The notes: generated by a model from the letters alone, not told the origin. Positions 19,500 through 30,356 are shown, counted from the first letter of the stretch. The stretch: DNA of 46,349 nucleotides from an uncultured Bifidobacteriaceae bacterium (GCA_964429245.1 CAYSBE010000001.1:1-46349), one strand, 5' to 3'. Translations and numbers: made by a program.

Positions 19500-21200
19500 A
19501 TGATTGTAAAAACATTGCGCAAATTTTTGCCCGAAAAATTAAAGATAACCTCATGGGAAGTATTAGAGCCCTACTTTAAACAGTTGCTTGAAGCACCTAT
19601 CAACAGCAAAGTTGAATTAGAAGATTGGCTTCAAAATAAAAGTGAATTGGAAGCTTTTTTAAGTGAAGACCTGGCATGGCGATATGTGCGTATGACCTGC
19701 GATACTGAAAATAAAGAGTTGGAAAAAGCCTACCTATTCTATGTTACAGAAATAGAACCCAAAATTTCACCTCTCAGTGATCAATTGAATCGTAAGTTGG
19801 TAGCATGTCAGTTTATATCTGAGCTTGATGAAGAAAAGTATGAAATATATTTGAGGGGTGTAAAAAAGGAAATTGAAATTTTTAGGGATGCGAACGTGCC
19901 TTTGTTTGCTGAAATTGCAACTGAGAGTCAAAAATACGGATCCATTGTTGGCAGTATGATGGTAGAAATAGATGGGAAAGAATTAACATTACAACAAGCT
20001 GCTAACTACTTAAAAGATCCGGATAGAAATAAACGTGAAATTGCATTTAAAAAAATTAATGAGCAAAGGCTAGCGCATTCACAAGAACTCGATGAACTAT
20101 TTAATAAACTTATTAAATTAAGGCATGAGGTAGCCATTAATGCCGGATTTGAAAACTTTAGGGATTACATGTTTGCAGCTTTAGGAAGGTTTGATTACAC
20201 TCCGGCAGATTGTTTTGCATTTCATGAAGCCATTCAAACTGAGGTGTTGCCGATAGTAACTTTATTTAATCAAAAAAGAGAAAAAGAGTTGGGATACACG
20301 CTTCGTCCATGGGACATGGAAGTTGATACTAAAAATAGGCCTGCACTTGAACCATTTACAAGTGGTGCTGATTTACTGGATAAAACAGTTAAATGCTTTA
20401 GAAAAGTGGATGATTATTTTGCATGGTGTATTGAGACTATGGACAATATGGATCGACTTGATTTGGAAAGCAGAAAAGGGAAAGCGCCCGGAGGATACAA
20501 TTACCCAATGGCTGAAACCAGTGTACCATTTATATTCATGAATGCCGCATCATCTACACGTGATGTGGAAACCATGGTACACGAGGGAGGACATGCTGTT
20601 CACTCTTTTCTGAGTAAAGATTTAGAACTTGCAGCATTTAAAAATTGCCCAAGTGAGGTAGCAGAACTTGCCAGCATGAGCATGGAGCTTATCAGTTATG
20701 ACGGGCAAGACGAATTTTACAGAAATGCTGAGGACTTTAAACGGGCTAAAGAAGAACACCTTGAAGGAATTATTAAAATACTTCCGTGGATTGCTACAAT
20801 TGACAAATTTCAACATTGGATTTATTCCAACCCAAATCATACTGCAGAAGACAGAAAACAATATTGGCTTACGTTGAGTAAAGAATTTGGAACAGGTACC
20901 GTTGACTGGAGCGGATTAGAACATATACAAGCATATACTTGGCAAAAGCAATTGCATTTGTATGAAGTTCCATTTTATTATATCGAATATGGAATGGCTC
21001 AGCTTGGTGCACTTGCCGTGTGGAGAAACTTTTTATCAAATAAACCCAAAGCTATCCAACAATATAAGGAAGCTTTAAGTTTGGGGTATACCAAGTCAAT
21101 TGGAGATATATACAAAACAGCCGGTATTGAATTTAATTTCAGTGCCTCCTACATCAAATCATTAATGGAATTTGTAAAAAAAGAATTGGATAAACTATAA
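19500..21200 (+). CDS. M3-family oligoendopeptidase (PepF-like)
   Basis: 566 aa with the zinc motif HEGGHAVH and a downstream E (SEVAELASM). The length and layout fit oligoendopeptidase F. Confidence 0.88.
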   Translation: MIVKTLRKFLPEKLKITSWEVLEPYFKQLLEAPINSKVELEDWLQNKSELEAFLSEDLAWRYVRMTCDTENKELEKAYLFYVTEIEPKISPLSDQLNRKLVACQFISELDEEKYEIYLRGVKKEIEIFRDANVPLFAEIATESQKYGSIVGSMMVEIDGKELTLQQAANYLKDPDRNKREIAFKKINEQRLAHSQELDELFNKLIKLRHEVAINAGFENFRDYMFAALGRFDYTPADCFAFHEAIQTEVLPIVTLFNQKREKELGYTLRPWDMEVDTKNRPALEPFTSGADLLDKTVKCFRKVDDYFAWCIETMDNMDRLDLESRKGKAPGGYNYPMAETSVPFIFMNAASSTRDVETMVHEGGHAVHSFLSKDLELAAFKNCPSEVAELASMSMELISYDGQDEFYRNAEDFKRAKEEHLEGIIKILPWIATIDKFQHWIYSNPNHTAEDRKQYWLTLSKEFGTGTVDWSGLEHIQAYTWQKQLHLYEVPFYYIEYGMAQLGALAVWRNFLSNKPKAIQQYKEALSLGYTKSIGDIYKTAGIEFNFSASYIKSLMEFVKKELDKL

Positions 21201-21210
21201 ATATTACACG

Positions 21211-21819
21211 ATGAAAATATTCTGCGTAGGTCGAAATTACACTGAACATGCAAAAGAACTTGGCAATGCGGTGCCTGAAAACCCAGTTATATTTTCGAAA
21301 CCCGACACTGCCCTTATTAAAAATGGAGAACCATTTTACCTTCCTGATTTCAGTAATGATATTCATCACGAAGTTGAGCTAGTCATTAGAATCAATAAAA
21401 TGGGAAAGAAAATTCAAGAGAAATTTGCGCACAGCTACTACAATGAAATTGGGCTAGGAATTGATTTTACAGCTCGCGATATTCAAAATAACCTAAAAGC
21501 AAAAGGGCTTCCATGGGAGCTAGCCAAAGCATTTGACGGCTCGGCCCCTTTGGGAGAATTTATGCCTTTAAACGAATTAGAAATTAGCAATATTGAATTT
21601 TCGTTGAAAAAAAATGATACAATTGTGCAGCAAGGGAATACCGCAAACATGATCTTTTCTTTTAATCAGATCGTAAGTTTTATATCGCAATATTTTACAC
21701 TTAAAGTAGGAGATTTAATATATACAGGAACGCCTGCAGGTGTAGGGCAAGTAAATATTGGTGACAAACTGGAAGGCTTTATTGGAAAAAAATCGATGTT
21801 AACTTGCGAGGTTAAATAA
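21211..21819 (+). CDS. Fumarylacetoacetate hydrolase (FAH) family protein
   Basis: 202 aa. The N-terminus is MKIFCVGRNYTEHAKELGN. The motif HHEVELVIRI and the C-terminal GDLIYTGTPAGVG are typical of the short FAH family. Confidence 0.85.
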   Translation: MKIFCVGRNYTEHAKELGNAVPENPVIFSKPDTALIKNGEPFYLPDFSNDIHHEVELVIRINKMGKKIQEKFAHSYYNEIGLGIDFTARDIQNNLKAKGLPWELAKAFDGSAPLGEFMPLNELEISNIEFSLKKNDTIVQQGNTANMIFSFNQIVSFISQYFTLKVGDLIYTGTPAGVGQVNIGDKLEGFIGKKSMLTCEVK

Positions 21820-21827
21820 TACTTGAT

Positions 21828-23567
21828 ATGAAGGCTATGTCATATCATATCGTCCGATTAATCAGTATAAACTTATTCCTGAGTATTCCGGTTGGCATTT
21901 TTGCCCAAGATTATCCTGCTCATTTCTTTGGTTATCCAATGGACACTCCGCTTCACTTAAGCGCTCCATTTGGTTCATTACGCGACAACCATTTTCATAG
22001 CGGAATGGATATTCGCACATATGAGAAAACAGGATTCCCAATTTATGCAATTGCAGATGGATATGTGACAAGAATAAAATATGCATCAGGTGCTTATGGG
22101 AAAGCATTATATATTAACCATCCCAATGGTTATACAAGTGTATATGCTCACCTACAAAATGCCAATGCGGATATCGCCAATTATATCAGAAAATATCAGT
22201 ACGAAATTCAATCTTTCGAATTCGACCATTTTCCTGCTAAAGAGTTATTGAAAGTTAAAAAAGGTGACATAATTGCCTGGAGTGGCAATACGGGAACATC
22301 TACAGGGCCACATTTACATTTCGAAATAAGGGAAACCCAAACTGAACAAATAATCAATCCCCAACTATTTGGTATAATTGGTATTGATTCATTGCCTCCT
22401 GATATAAAAGAAATTGGAATTTACTCATTGGATAATAATCGTCCGATATTAATCAACAACTTAATATTAAACGAAACCAGTTTCTTAAAAACGGATTCAG
22501 GACTTGTTTCACGAGATACTTTATATTGTTCGGCTAACACTATCGGATTTGGTTTGGATGCAGTTGATTTTTTAACTGATAATAAAAAAGAATACAGCAT
22601 TTATGCATCCTCCTTAAGTATTGACAATAGTCCGTACTTTCATTTCAAACTAGATCGTTTTCCGTTTAATCGTACACGTTGTATCAATGTCCATATTGAT
22701 TATGAAAGATACAGAAACAAGGGAGTTTGGATGCAAAAACAATTTATTGATGATGGAAATAACATACGTCTATATCCATTTTTAAAAAACAAAGGCAAAT
22801 ATGTATTTAATGACACTGGTACACATATCGCCCAACTTACCGTATATGACTTCAACGGAAGATCAGCACATGTATTTGTTCCATTTAAAAAAAGAATAGG
22901 TATACCTCAAAAATATTCAAGTTCCGGAAAATATGTGACTACAATTTATCCTAAGAAAAGGGGGCAGTATAGTACCAATGATTTTAGAATTGAATTTCCT
23001 GTCAATTCCTTATATGATACAGTTTTGCTGAGCTATTCTGTAATAAATACTGAGAAACAAGCACCATCAGCCATGCATTTGCTTGGCGAAAATATAGTGC
23101 CATTGAGTAGTAATTTCAATGTTTCCATATTGCCTGATGAAAATGCAATAGCCGGAATTAATACTGATAAACTTTTAATCGCAACCAAAAATAAAAACGG
23201 CAATATGCGATCAATTGGGGGAGCTTATAAAAATGGATGGGTTACTGCGTCTTCCAATCTGTTTCAAGATTTTTTTGTGTGGCATGATACCATTTCGCCT
23301 ATTATCAAAATAATCAATACCAAAAATAATAGCCTAACAGATACCATCAGTATTAAAGTCCAAGTCACTGATAATTTATCTGGAATTATGGAGTACAAGG
23401 GATATATTAATGGCAAATGGGAATTATTTGAATATGATGCCAAAAACTCATTATTGGAATATTATTTCCAATATGATTCCCCAAAAGGAAAACTAGAAGT
23501 TGAAATCATTGTTACTGATAAAAAGAGTAATAAAGCAATTCTTAAAACAGAAATAAACCGCATATGA
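21828..23567 (+). CDS. M23-family metallopeptidase with a long C-terminal extension
   Basis: A signal peptide is present. The M23 motifs are HFHSGMDIR and GNTGTSTGPHLHFEIR. About 380 further residues carry no motif I recognise. Confidence 0.85.
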   Translation: MKAMSYHIVRLISINLFLSIPVGIFAQDYPAHFFGYPMDTPLHLSAPFGSLRDNHFHSGMDIRTYEKTGFPIYAIADGYVTRIKYASGAYGKALYINHPNGYTSVYAHLQNANADIANYIRKYQYEIQSFEFDHFPAKELLKVKKGDIIAWSGNTGTSTGPHLHFEIRETQTEQIINPQLFGIIGIDSLPPDIKEIGIYSLDNNRPILINNLILNETSFLKTDSGLVSRDTLYCSANTIGFGLDAVDFLTDNKKEYSIYASSLSIDNSPYFHFKLDRFPFNRTRCINVHIDYERYRNKGVWMQKQFIDDGNNIRLYPFLKNKGKYVFNDTGTHIAQLTVYDFNGRSAHVFVPFKKRIGIPQKYSSSGKYVTTIYPKKRGQYSTNDFRIEFPVNSLYDTVLLSYSVINTEKQAPSAMHLLGENIVPLSSNFNVSILPDENAIAGINTDKLLIATKNKNGNMRSIGGAYKNGWVTASSNLFQDFFVWHDTISPIIKIINTKNNSLTDTISIKVQVTDNLSGIMEYKGYINGKWELFEYDAKNSLLEYYFQYDSPKGKLEVEIIVTDKKSNKAILKTEINRI

Positions 23568-24013
23568 TAAAATTAAAAGAAGGTGACAAAGCACCTGTTT
23601 TTACAGCCAAAAATGAGAATGGCCTTGAAGTTTCTCTCAAAGATTTTAAAGGGAAAAAATTGGTTTTATATTTCTATCCCAAAGACAATACCCCTGGCTG
23701 CACATCCGAAGCATGTGATTTAAGAGACAATTACAAAATGTTTCAAAAAAAGGGTTATGAAATACTTGGCGTGAGTCCTGATTCGGCAAAATCTCACATA
23801 AAGTTTATTGAAAAGTACGAATTACCCTTTTCCCTAATTGCTGACGAAGACCACAGCGTTGCTGAAGCATATGGAGCATGGGGTGAAAAAAGCATGTATG
23901 GAAAAAAGTATATGGGAATCCTTAGATCAACTTTTGTGATTGACGAAAAGGGCAAGATTGAGAAAGTGATAGAAAAAGTAGATACCAAGGCACACACAAC
24001 ACAAATATTATAA
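23564..24013 (+). CDS. bcp: Thioredoxin-dependent thiol peroxidase (Bcp-type peroxiredoxin)
   Basis: 149 aa with the motif YFYPKDNTPGCTSEAC. The start overlaps the M23 stop as ATGA. Confidence 0.9.
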   Translation: MIKLKEGDKAPVFTAKNENGLEVSLKDFKGKKLVLYFYPKDNTPGCTSEACDLRDNYKMFQKKGYEILGVSPDSAKSHIKFIEKYELPFSLIADEDHSVAEAYGAWGEKSMYGKKYMGILRSTFVIDEKGKIEKVIEKVDTKAHTTQIL

Positions 24014-24018
24014 TCAAT

Positions 24019-24309
24019 ATGCGTCAACCCGGACAACTTATCCTATTTCGAAGAATTGCCTTATTGGAAGGCTGGTCATTCCTTATTTTATTGTTCATTG
24101 CTATGCCATTAAAATATATGGCAGGTTGGCCATTAGCCGTAAAATACGTTGGATGGGCTCATGGGGCACTATTTGTTGGCTACATGATTTTATTGCTTAA
24201 ATGCTGGATAGAACTTGGTTGGAAATTCAAGTTTGCGGTTATCGCATTCCTGTCTGCCATCATCCCATTTGCAACTTTTGCACTAGAGAAAAAACTATCA
24301 AAATTATGA
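24019..24309 (+). CDS. Small integral membrane protein (DUF3817-like)
   Basis: 96 aa with three hydrophobic helices, starting 5 nt after bcp. The family name is recalled from the pattern only. Confidence 0.5.
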   Translation: MRQPGQLILFRRIALLEGWSFLILLFIAMPLKYMAGWPLAVKYVGWAHGALFVGYMILLLKCWIELGWKFKFAVIAFLSAIIPFATFALEKKLSKL

Positions 24310-25452
24310 TTGATTATTGGATTCTCTAGTCCACCTCATCATCCAGAACAATATGCTAAATAATGTCCTAACAAGATGGTAACATGTCCATCTGTATGGT
24401 TGTAGAAACCTGCTTTTTAGAGAAAAAAAATCATGCGGAGTTATTGGAGCACTCCCAGTAATAATTGTATCATTAATTATTGCCTTACAATCTTTATAAA
24501 AATTCTCATCAATCACTTCCATATTTGCTTCGGTACTTCCGTAGTCGCTTAGTGCATTTAAATTATATGAGCCAATGGTTGACCAATTTCCATCTGCAAT
24601 AGCAATTTTAGAATGCAAAACTGATTTTCCCCATTCGTAAATCTGGATATTATTTCTCAGTAATAATCCATATAAATATTTAATAGCAGGCTTCATTATC
24701 CATACGTCTGAATAAGATGCAGTGATAATTGTAATGTGCACACCCCTTTTTGCAGCTTGTATAAGAAGCCTTCGCTTTACAAAACCCGGTAAGAAGTAAG
24801 ATGCTACAATGATTAACTCCTTTTTGGACTTTCGAATAACAGAATTATAACTGGTTGAAATTTCTGTTTTCTTTCGCCACCAATCATTTTGAATTAATTT
24901 AACTGATTCATTTGTATTCTTCATCTTAGTTAAAGTATCGTACCTCTTTCGGATTCGAACAGGTAGATAGCTTAAGCAAAATTTTTGCACATCATTTACT
25001 ACTTGACCGTTGATGTAAACAGCATGGTCTAGCCAAGGCTCAATACCATCCAATCTGTTATACCTGTCTGCAATGTTTATCCCCCCAATTAATGCCTGAT
25101 TTCCATCTGCAACAAACACTTTATGATGTAATCTTCTTCCAATTTTCAGCCTTAATATATGTATGGGTGAGAATCGTTTTACATAAATGTCTTGTGCTTT
25201 TAAATTACTTATAAGTTTATCATCAAAATCTGTTGAAGCATACCCATCTACTACAAGATATACTTTAACACCTCGAGCGACAGCATTGCATAGTTTCTTG
25301 ATGATTAGTTTGCCTGTTTCGTCATTGCGGAAAATATAAACCTGCAAATGAATCGTATTCCTTGCACCATCTATAAGATCACAGAGTAGATTAAAGTATT
25401 GTTTACCGCTTGGAATAAGTTTAATGGTTATTTCTGAGTCGGAACTTATCAT
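24304..25452 (-). CDS. Phospholipase D-family protein / cardiolipin-synthase-like
   Basis: Two HKD motifs are present: HHKVFVADGNQALIGGINI and LHSKIAIADGNWSTIGSYNLN. The C-terminal segment is hydrophobic (LVRTLFSILFWMMRW). Its 3' end overlaps the convergent 24019-24309 gene by 6 nt. Confidence 0.8.
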   Translation of the reverse strand: MISSDSEITIKLIPSGKQYFNLLCDLIDGARNTIHLQVYIFRNDETGKLIIKKLCNAVARGVKVYLVVDGYASTDFDDKLISNLKAQDIYVKRFSPIHILRLKIGRRLHHKVFVADGNQALIGGINIADRYNRLDGIEPWLDHAVYINGQVVNDVQKFCLSYLPVRIRKRYDTLTKMKNTNESVKLIQNDWWRKKTEISTSYNSVIRKSKKELIIVASYFLPGFVKRRLLIQAAKRGVHITIITASYSDVWIMKPAIKYLYGLLLRNNIQIYEWGKSVLHSKIAIADGNWSTIGSYNLNALSDYGSTEANMEVIDENFYKDCKAIINDTIITGSAPITPHDFFSLKSRFLQPYRWTCYHLVRTLFSILFWMMRWTRESNNQS

Positions 25453-25461
25453 ACATTAATA

Positions 25462-26559
25462 TTACTTTTTCTTGGAAGCAAGCAGCAAACGCCTTCCTAT
25501 GAAAAAACGTAAATAGATATTATTATGATTTAAATTAACCGTTTTAGGAAGGCTACTTGAAACAAAATAATCAGATAAATGAATTCCTGTGTACCACAGC
25601 GGACCGTTATATCCGGTAATAATTCTGAAATCACCATGAAAACCAACACGAGATTCGGATTTAATAACTTCATCATTGGCTTTTTCGATTGATGCCGATT
25701 GTATGTTGATACCCGGTAATAATAATCCACTTACAAAGAAGTTTCTTTTAAAAACCCAATTGTATCCGTATCCTACATTTAAACCGATTAATCCACTTAC
25801 TGTTGACCTTATGGGTACATTTGTTCCTGTTTCATAAGAAACCGGACCTAGTACAATTGTACTATCTGACATTAGGCTATTGATATTCATTGTCATTCCT
25901 GCTATCCAACTACCTGCCGATTTCAATTGCCTGTCTATTTGCCATAATTGAGCCATAAACGAATATCGTTGTGGATTGAAATTGTAATACAAACTTCCAT
26001 GAAGAATTACACTAGTCAAGTCTTCTCTGATAGGATAACCTGAACCTGACCAACCCGGATAATTTGGCGATGGATTTTTAACATAAAACCCTCTGTATGC
26101 CTGAAGTAAACAACTTGCCAAAAATCTTCTTCCAGTTAGCCCAAATCGCAATGAAGTTCCTTCTGTAATTCCTTTTTCAAGGGTGTCATTTTGTTCCATT
26201 CCGGGTATTGCTCGGGCAAATTCAAATGTTAGCACCCTCCAATCAATGCCAAATCCAAATGTAAACGCATTATTTGGTGCAAATTTTAACCTATTCTTAC
26301 TTTGGTAGTCATACACATTGATGCGGTGACTCCTGAGCACACTAACGCCCGTGATATGTAAATCTTTGTAATGACTGGAAACAAAAGATGTATCATATTC
26401 GACCTTCCCAAAATACTTCTTAATAAACGAGCTATTTTGAGCCTGCGCGTTAAAAAAAAGCGTTTGAAAAATGACTACAATAATTGGTATTGTCCGAAAT
26501 TGAATTCGTAACTTTAAATGAAGAATTGGTTTGCGTTTATAAATGTATACATTCTCCAT
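25462..26559 (-). CDS. Putative outer-membrane beta-barrel protein (DUF4421-like)
   Basis: A signal-like segment (IPIIVVIFQTLFFNAQAQ) follows a long basic N-region. The rest is rich in Gly and aromatic residues with alternating hydrophobicity. Its start overlaps the lpd stop by 23 nt. The family name is tentative. Confidence 0.5.
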   Translation of the reverse strand: MENVYIYKRKPILHLKLRIQFRTIPIIVVIFQTLFFNAQAQNSSFIKKYFGKVEYDTSFVSSHYKDLHITGVSVLRSHRINVYDYQSKNRLKFAPNNAFTFGFGIDWRVLTFEFARAIPGMEQNDTLEKGITEGTSLRFGLTGRRFLASCLLQAYRGFYVKNPSPNYPGWSGSGYPIREDLTSVILHGSLYYNFNPQRYSFMAQLWQIDRQLKSAGSWIAGMTMNINSLMSDSTIVLGPVSYETGTNVPIRSTVSGLIGLNVGYGYNWVFKRNFFVSGLLLPGINIQSASIEKANDEVIKSESRVGFHGDFRIITGYNGPLWYTGIHLSDYFVSSSLPKTVNLNHNNIYLRFFIGRRLLLASKKK

Positions 26560-27925
26560 ATGCTTGTGCAGCAGCTTCCATAATTGCTTCGCTCATGGTT
26601 GGATGAGGGTGTACAGATTTTATAATTTCCATTCCGGTAGTTTCCAATTTTCTGGCAACTACAACCTCAGCTATCATTTCCGTAACATTGGTACCAACCA
26701 TATGCGCACCTAAGAATTCTCCGTATTTTGCATCAAATATCACTTTCACAAAACCATCTTTTGCACCTGCTGCACTTGCTTTTCCACTTGCGCTAAACGG
26801 AAACTTTCCAATTTTCAATTGATATCCTGCATCCTTTGCTGCCTTTTCTGTCATACCAACTGATGCTACTTCGGGTAAGCAATATGTACATCCCGGTATG
26901 TTGTTATAATTTAACGGTTCAGGATGATGTCCTGCTATTTTCTCAACACAAATAATACCTTCTGCAGATGCCACATGTGCTAAAGCCGGTCCTTTTACTA
27001 TATCTCCAATTGCATACACGCCTTTTATATTGGTTGCATAAAAATCATCTACCAGCACTTTGCCTTTATCTGTTTTTACACCAGCAGACTCTAAACCCAA
27101 ATTTTCTAAGTTTGTTTGAACACCAACAGCCGAAAGCACAATATCTGCTTCGAGGTCAACCATACCCGTTTTGGTTTTTACCTTCACCTTGCATCCTTTT
27201 CCTGATGCATCAACCGATTCTACAGATGAATCAGTCATAATTTCAATCCCCGATTTTTTAAACGATTTGGCCACTTCTTTTGAAACATCTTCATCTTCAA
27301 TTGGCAGGATATTGGGTAAATATTCAACAATCGTAATCTTGGTTTCCATTGCATTATAAAAATAGGCAAACTCACAACCAATGGCCCCACTACCCATTAC
27401 AATCATGCTTTTGGGCTGAGTTGGAAGTGTCATTGCTTCTCTGTAACCAATTACTTTTTTACCATCAATTTTCACATTTGGCAATTCACGACTGCGAGCT
27501 CCTGTAGCCAAAATAATATGCTTTGCATCATAGTTCTTTTTTGTTCCTGAAGCATCTGTTACTTCAACTTTTCCTACACCGGCTAGTTTACCGGTACCCA
27601 TAATCACATCAATTTTATTTTTTTTCATTAAAAACGCGATGCCCTTGCTCATGCCATCAGCTACCCCTCTGCTGCGTTTTACCACAGCATCAAAATCGTG
27701 AGTCGATTCACTCACATTAATACCGTAGTCTTTTGCATGTTTAATATATTCAAATACTTGTGCTGATTTAAGCAATGCTTTTGTGGGAATACATCCCCAA
27801 TTCAAACAAACACCCCCAAGGCTTTCCTTTTCAACAATAGCAGTTTTCAATCCTAACTGACTGGCACGAATGGCAGCAACATATCCTCCGGGACCACTGC
27901 CTATAACTATTACATCGTAATTCAT
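26537..27925 (-). CDS. lpdA: Dihydrolipoyl dehydrogenase (E3)
   Basis: 462 aa. The N-terminal FAD-binding motif is DVIVIGSGPGGY, the redox-active disulfide is GGVCLNWGCIPTK, and the C-terminal motif is HPHPTMSE. Confidence 0.95.
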   Translation of the reverse strand: MNYDVIVIGSGPGGYVAAIRASQLGLKTAIVEKESLGGVCLNWGCIPTKALLKSAQVFEYIKHAKDYGINVSESTHDFDAVVKRSRGVADGMSKGIAFLMKKNKIDVIMGTGKLAGVGKVEVTDASGTKKNYDAKHIILATGARSRELPNVKIDGKKVIGYREAMTLPTQPKSMIVMGSGAIGCEFAYFYNAMETKITIVEYLPNILPIEDEDVSKEVAKSFKKSGIEIMTDSSVESVDASGKGCKVKVKTKTGMVDLEADIVLSAVGVQTNLENLGLESAGVKTDKGKVLVDDFYATNIKGVYAIGDIVKGPALAHVASAEGIICVEKIAGHHPEPLNYNNIPGCTYCLPEVASVGMTEKAAKDAGYQLKIGKFPFSASGKASAAGAKDGFVKVIFDAKYGEFLGAHMVGTNVTEMIAEVVVARKLETTGMEIIKSVHPHPTMSEAIMEAAAQAYGECIHL

Positions 27926-27996
27926 AATTTACTATTTATGGTTGCAAAATAATCAAAATATCAAGTTTGGTGAATATAAGTTGGCTATGATTAAAA

Positions 27997-30228
27997 TTAT
28001 TCCTTATTTTTCAATAAAGACCTGATTTTTTTACGGTCGCCAACTATCCATAAAATATCATCCATTTGAATAATTTCAGTTGAATCGGGGTTTAAAATTC
28101 TTTCCCCTTTTCGCTCTATTCCTACTATCAAGGCTTTCAATTTTTCCCTAAACCCGCTTTCCCTTAATGACATGCCTATATAAGCAAAACCATTACTTAC
28201 CACAATCTGCGAAAGTGAAATCTCGGAAACTTCATCGCTTTGATTCACTTGAGTTTCGTTGGCAAAATCTATTTCTTTCTTAAATCTAAGTATTTGGTCA
28301 TCTGTACCAATGACGGATATTCGATCAAATGGAAATAAGCGTTCATTTTTATCAGGCAACATAATTGTTCTGTTGCCTCGTTCAATCATGGCTATATTAA
28401 TTCCAAATTTTTCGCGTATGCCAAGTTCAAGTAGTGTTTTTCCAATCAAGGTTGAATCAATGTCTATATCAAACAAAGCCAAATGGGCATCCCAGGGAAT
28501 AAGAGCGGTAACTTTACTATGAGGTTGAAGCTTTTCACGCATGTGATAATTGTGTTTAAATCGCTCTTCAATTTTTACCGAGAATGCATGTAATTTTCTG
28601 GAAAATATAAACCCTGAAACAAACATGATAAATACTGCTGACACAAATGCGATATAAATATTAAAAAATTGATTAAGGAGTAACGCCACCAAGAATACAC
28701 CAATCACAATTCTTAAAATTTCCAGCACAATCATTGGCCCTCTGTTAAATTTATTTACCCATAATACTGTGTAAGACGGCTTGCTGATTTTTCGTGTAGT
28801 GAGCATCCACAAAAAAGGTGACAAAACAACCAATGCAAAAATTGTGAGAATGACATTGCTCCAAGGACTATCAGAGATCCATTCCATTGGTTGTACAATT
28901 TGTTTAAATGCCAGGATAATTGCTACAATAATGACAACATTTACAATCACAATCTCAACAAAAGATTGAAGCACATTCCTCCAATGGTTCTCTGATTGGA
29001 TTCTTTGTGCTCCCGTGCTATACCTATTCAAATTGGTTAGAATCTTAGGCGGCAAAGTTTTTTCCAAAAATTGATACAAAGGTTCAGCAAACTTGATCAT
29101 GTAAGGCGTGGAAAAAGATGTAATTACTGAAACTCCAACAGCTATCGGATATAGAAAATCAGCTGTTACACCTAAAGTGACACCAAGGGTAGCGATGATA
29201 AACGAAAATTCTCCTATTTGTGTCATGCTGGTGCTTGCCTGCAATGCTTGTTTTAATGGTTGACCAGATAGGAGTGCTCCAATGGCAACATATAAGGTAT
29301 TTCCTAATATAACAGCCAACGTAAGTATGACAACAGGAATGGCATATTCATACAATAATTGTGGATTGATTAGCATTCCGACCGAAACAAAAAATATGGC
29401 ACCAAATAAATCCTTAACAGGTTTATTTACATGCTCTATTCTTTCGGCCTGTACTGTTTCTGCCAATAAGCTACCCATGATAAATGCACCAAGTGCAGCT
29501 GAAAAACCAACAATACTTGCTAATAACACCATACCAAAACAAAGCCCAAGTGAAACGATGAGCATTGTTTCATCATTGAGCCATTTCGATGCTTTTTTTA
29601 GTAAAGACGGTAAGATAAAAACACCTGCTAAAAACCACAATATCAAAAAGAATAATAACTTAAACACTTCAAATGCCAATTCAATACCCTCTACATTCTT
29701 TGAAACCGAAACGGTAGTTAGTAGAACCATTAATAATACTGCAACAACATCTTCAATAATCAATACTCCTACTACGATACCAGCAAATTTTTTAGGCTTT
29801 AGGTTTAACTCATCAAATGCACGAAAAATGATGGTAGTTGAAGAAATGGCAATTATACCTCCAAGAAATAAACTATCAATCCTACTCCACCCCATCAACT
29901 TCCCTAGCAAGTAACCGGTAACCAATAAAGCACTAATTTCAAATAATCCCGTTATGACAGCAGTTGTCCCAAGTTTCAATAATTTCTTGAAGCTAAACTC
30001 CAACCCAAGACTAAATAATAGGAATATTACGCCTAATTCGGCCCATATTTTTATACTTTCAATATCATTTACTGTTGGAAAAAAGTGCATATGAGGCCCA
30101 ACTAGCAAACCAACCAAAATATATCCCAATACAACAGGCTGATTTAACTTTTTAAATACGATACTTGCTACGCCTGCAGAGCATAGTATCAATGCAAGAT
30201 CGGTCATCAATTGCGGTAAATGTGCCAT
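27997..30228 (-). CDS. CPA2-family cation:proton antiporter (Kef-like) with two C-terminal RCK_C/TrkA-C domains
   Basis: The start is taken at MAHLPQLMTDLALIL (ATG 30228). The N-terminal exchanger domain is polytopic. Two TrkA-C-like modules are present (LIGKTLLELGIREKFGINIAMIERG... and YIGMSLRESGFREKLKALIVGIERKG...). The longer track ORF would reach the first base (30357) of the cyclophilin start codon. Confidence 0.85.
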   Translation of the reverse strand: MAHLPQLMTDLALILCSAGVASIVFKKLNQPVVLGYILVGLLVGPHMHFFPTVNDIESIKIWAELGVIFLLFSLGLEFSFKKLLKLGTTAVITGLFEISALLVTGYLLGKLMGWSRIDSLFLGGIIAISSTTIIFRAFDELNLKPKKFAGIVVGVLIIEDVVAVLLMVLLTTVSVSKNVEGIELAFEVFKLLFFLILWFLAGVFILPSLLKKASKWLNDETMLIVSLGLCFGMVLLASIVGFSAALGAFIMGSLLAETVQAERIEHVNKPVKDLFGAIFFVSVGMLINPQLLYEYAIPVVILTLAVILGNTLYVAIGALLSGQPLKQALQASTSMTQIGEFSFIIATLGVTLGVTADFLYPIAVGVSVITSFSTPYMIKFAEPLYQFLEKTLPPKILTNLNRYSTGAQRIQSENHWRNVLQSFVEIVIVNVVIIVAIILAFKQIVQPMEWISDSPWSNVILTIFALVVLSPFLWMLTTRKISKPSYTVLWVNKFNRGPMIVLEILRIVIGVFLVALLLNQFFNIYIAFVSAVFIMFVSGFIFSRKLHAFSVKIEERFKHNYHMREKLQPHSKVTALIPWDAHLALFDIDIDSTLIGKTLLELGIREKFGINIAMIERGNRTIMLPDKNERLFPFDRISVIGTDDQILRFKKEIDFANETQVNQSDEVSEISLSQIVVSNGFAYIGMSLRESGFREKLKALIVGIERKGERILNPDSTEIIQMDDILWIVGDRKKIRSLLKNKE

Positions 30229-30356
30229 GTGCACAATAATACGAAACTCAAAGCATAGCCTAACAATAGGATAAAATGAAAATGATGATTGGCAATAATT
30301 CGAAAGAAAAAAGACAGGAAATGCTATTTTCGCAGCCTTAATATAAAATATAACCA

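Noticed and set aside
29282-29914. A 210-aa antisense ORF inside the CPA2 antiporter gene. Similar small ORFs lie at 28259-28522, 28781-28969 and 30324-30701.
   Set aside because: This is a shadow frame of a membrane-protein gene. It is low-complexity (N/T/S/I-rich) with no recognisable domain.
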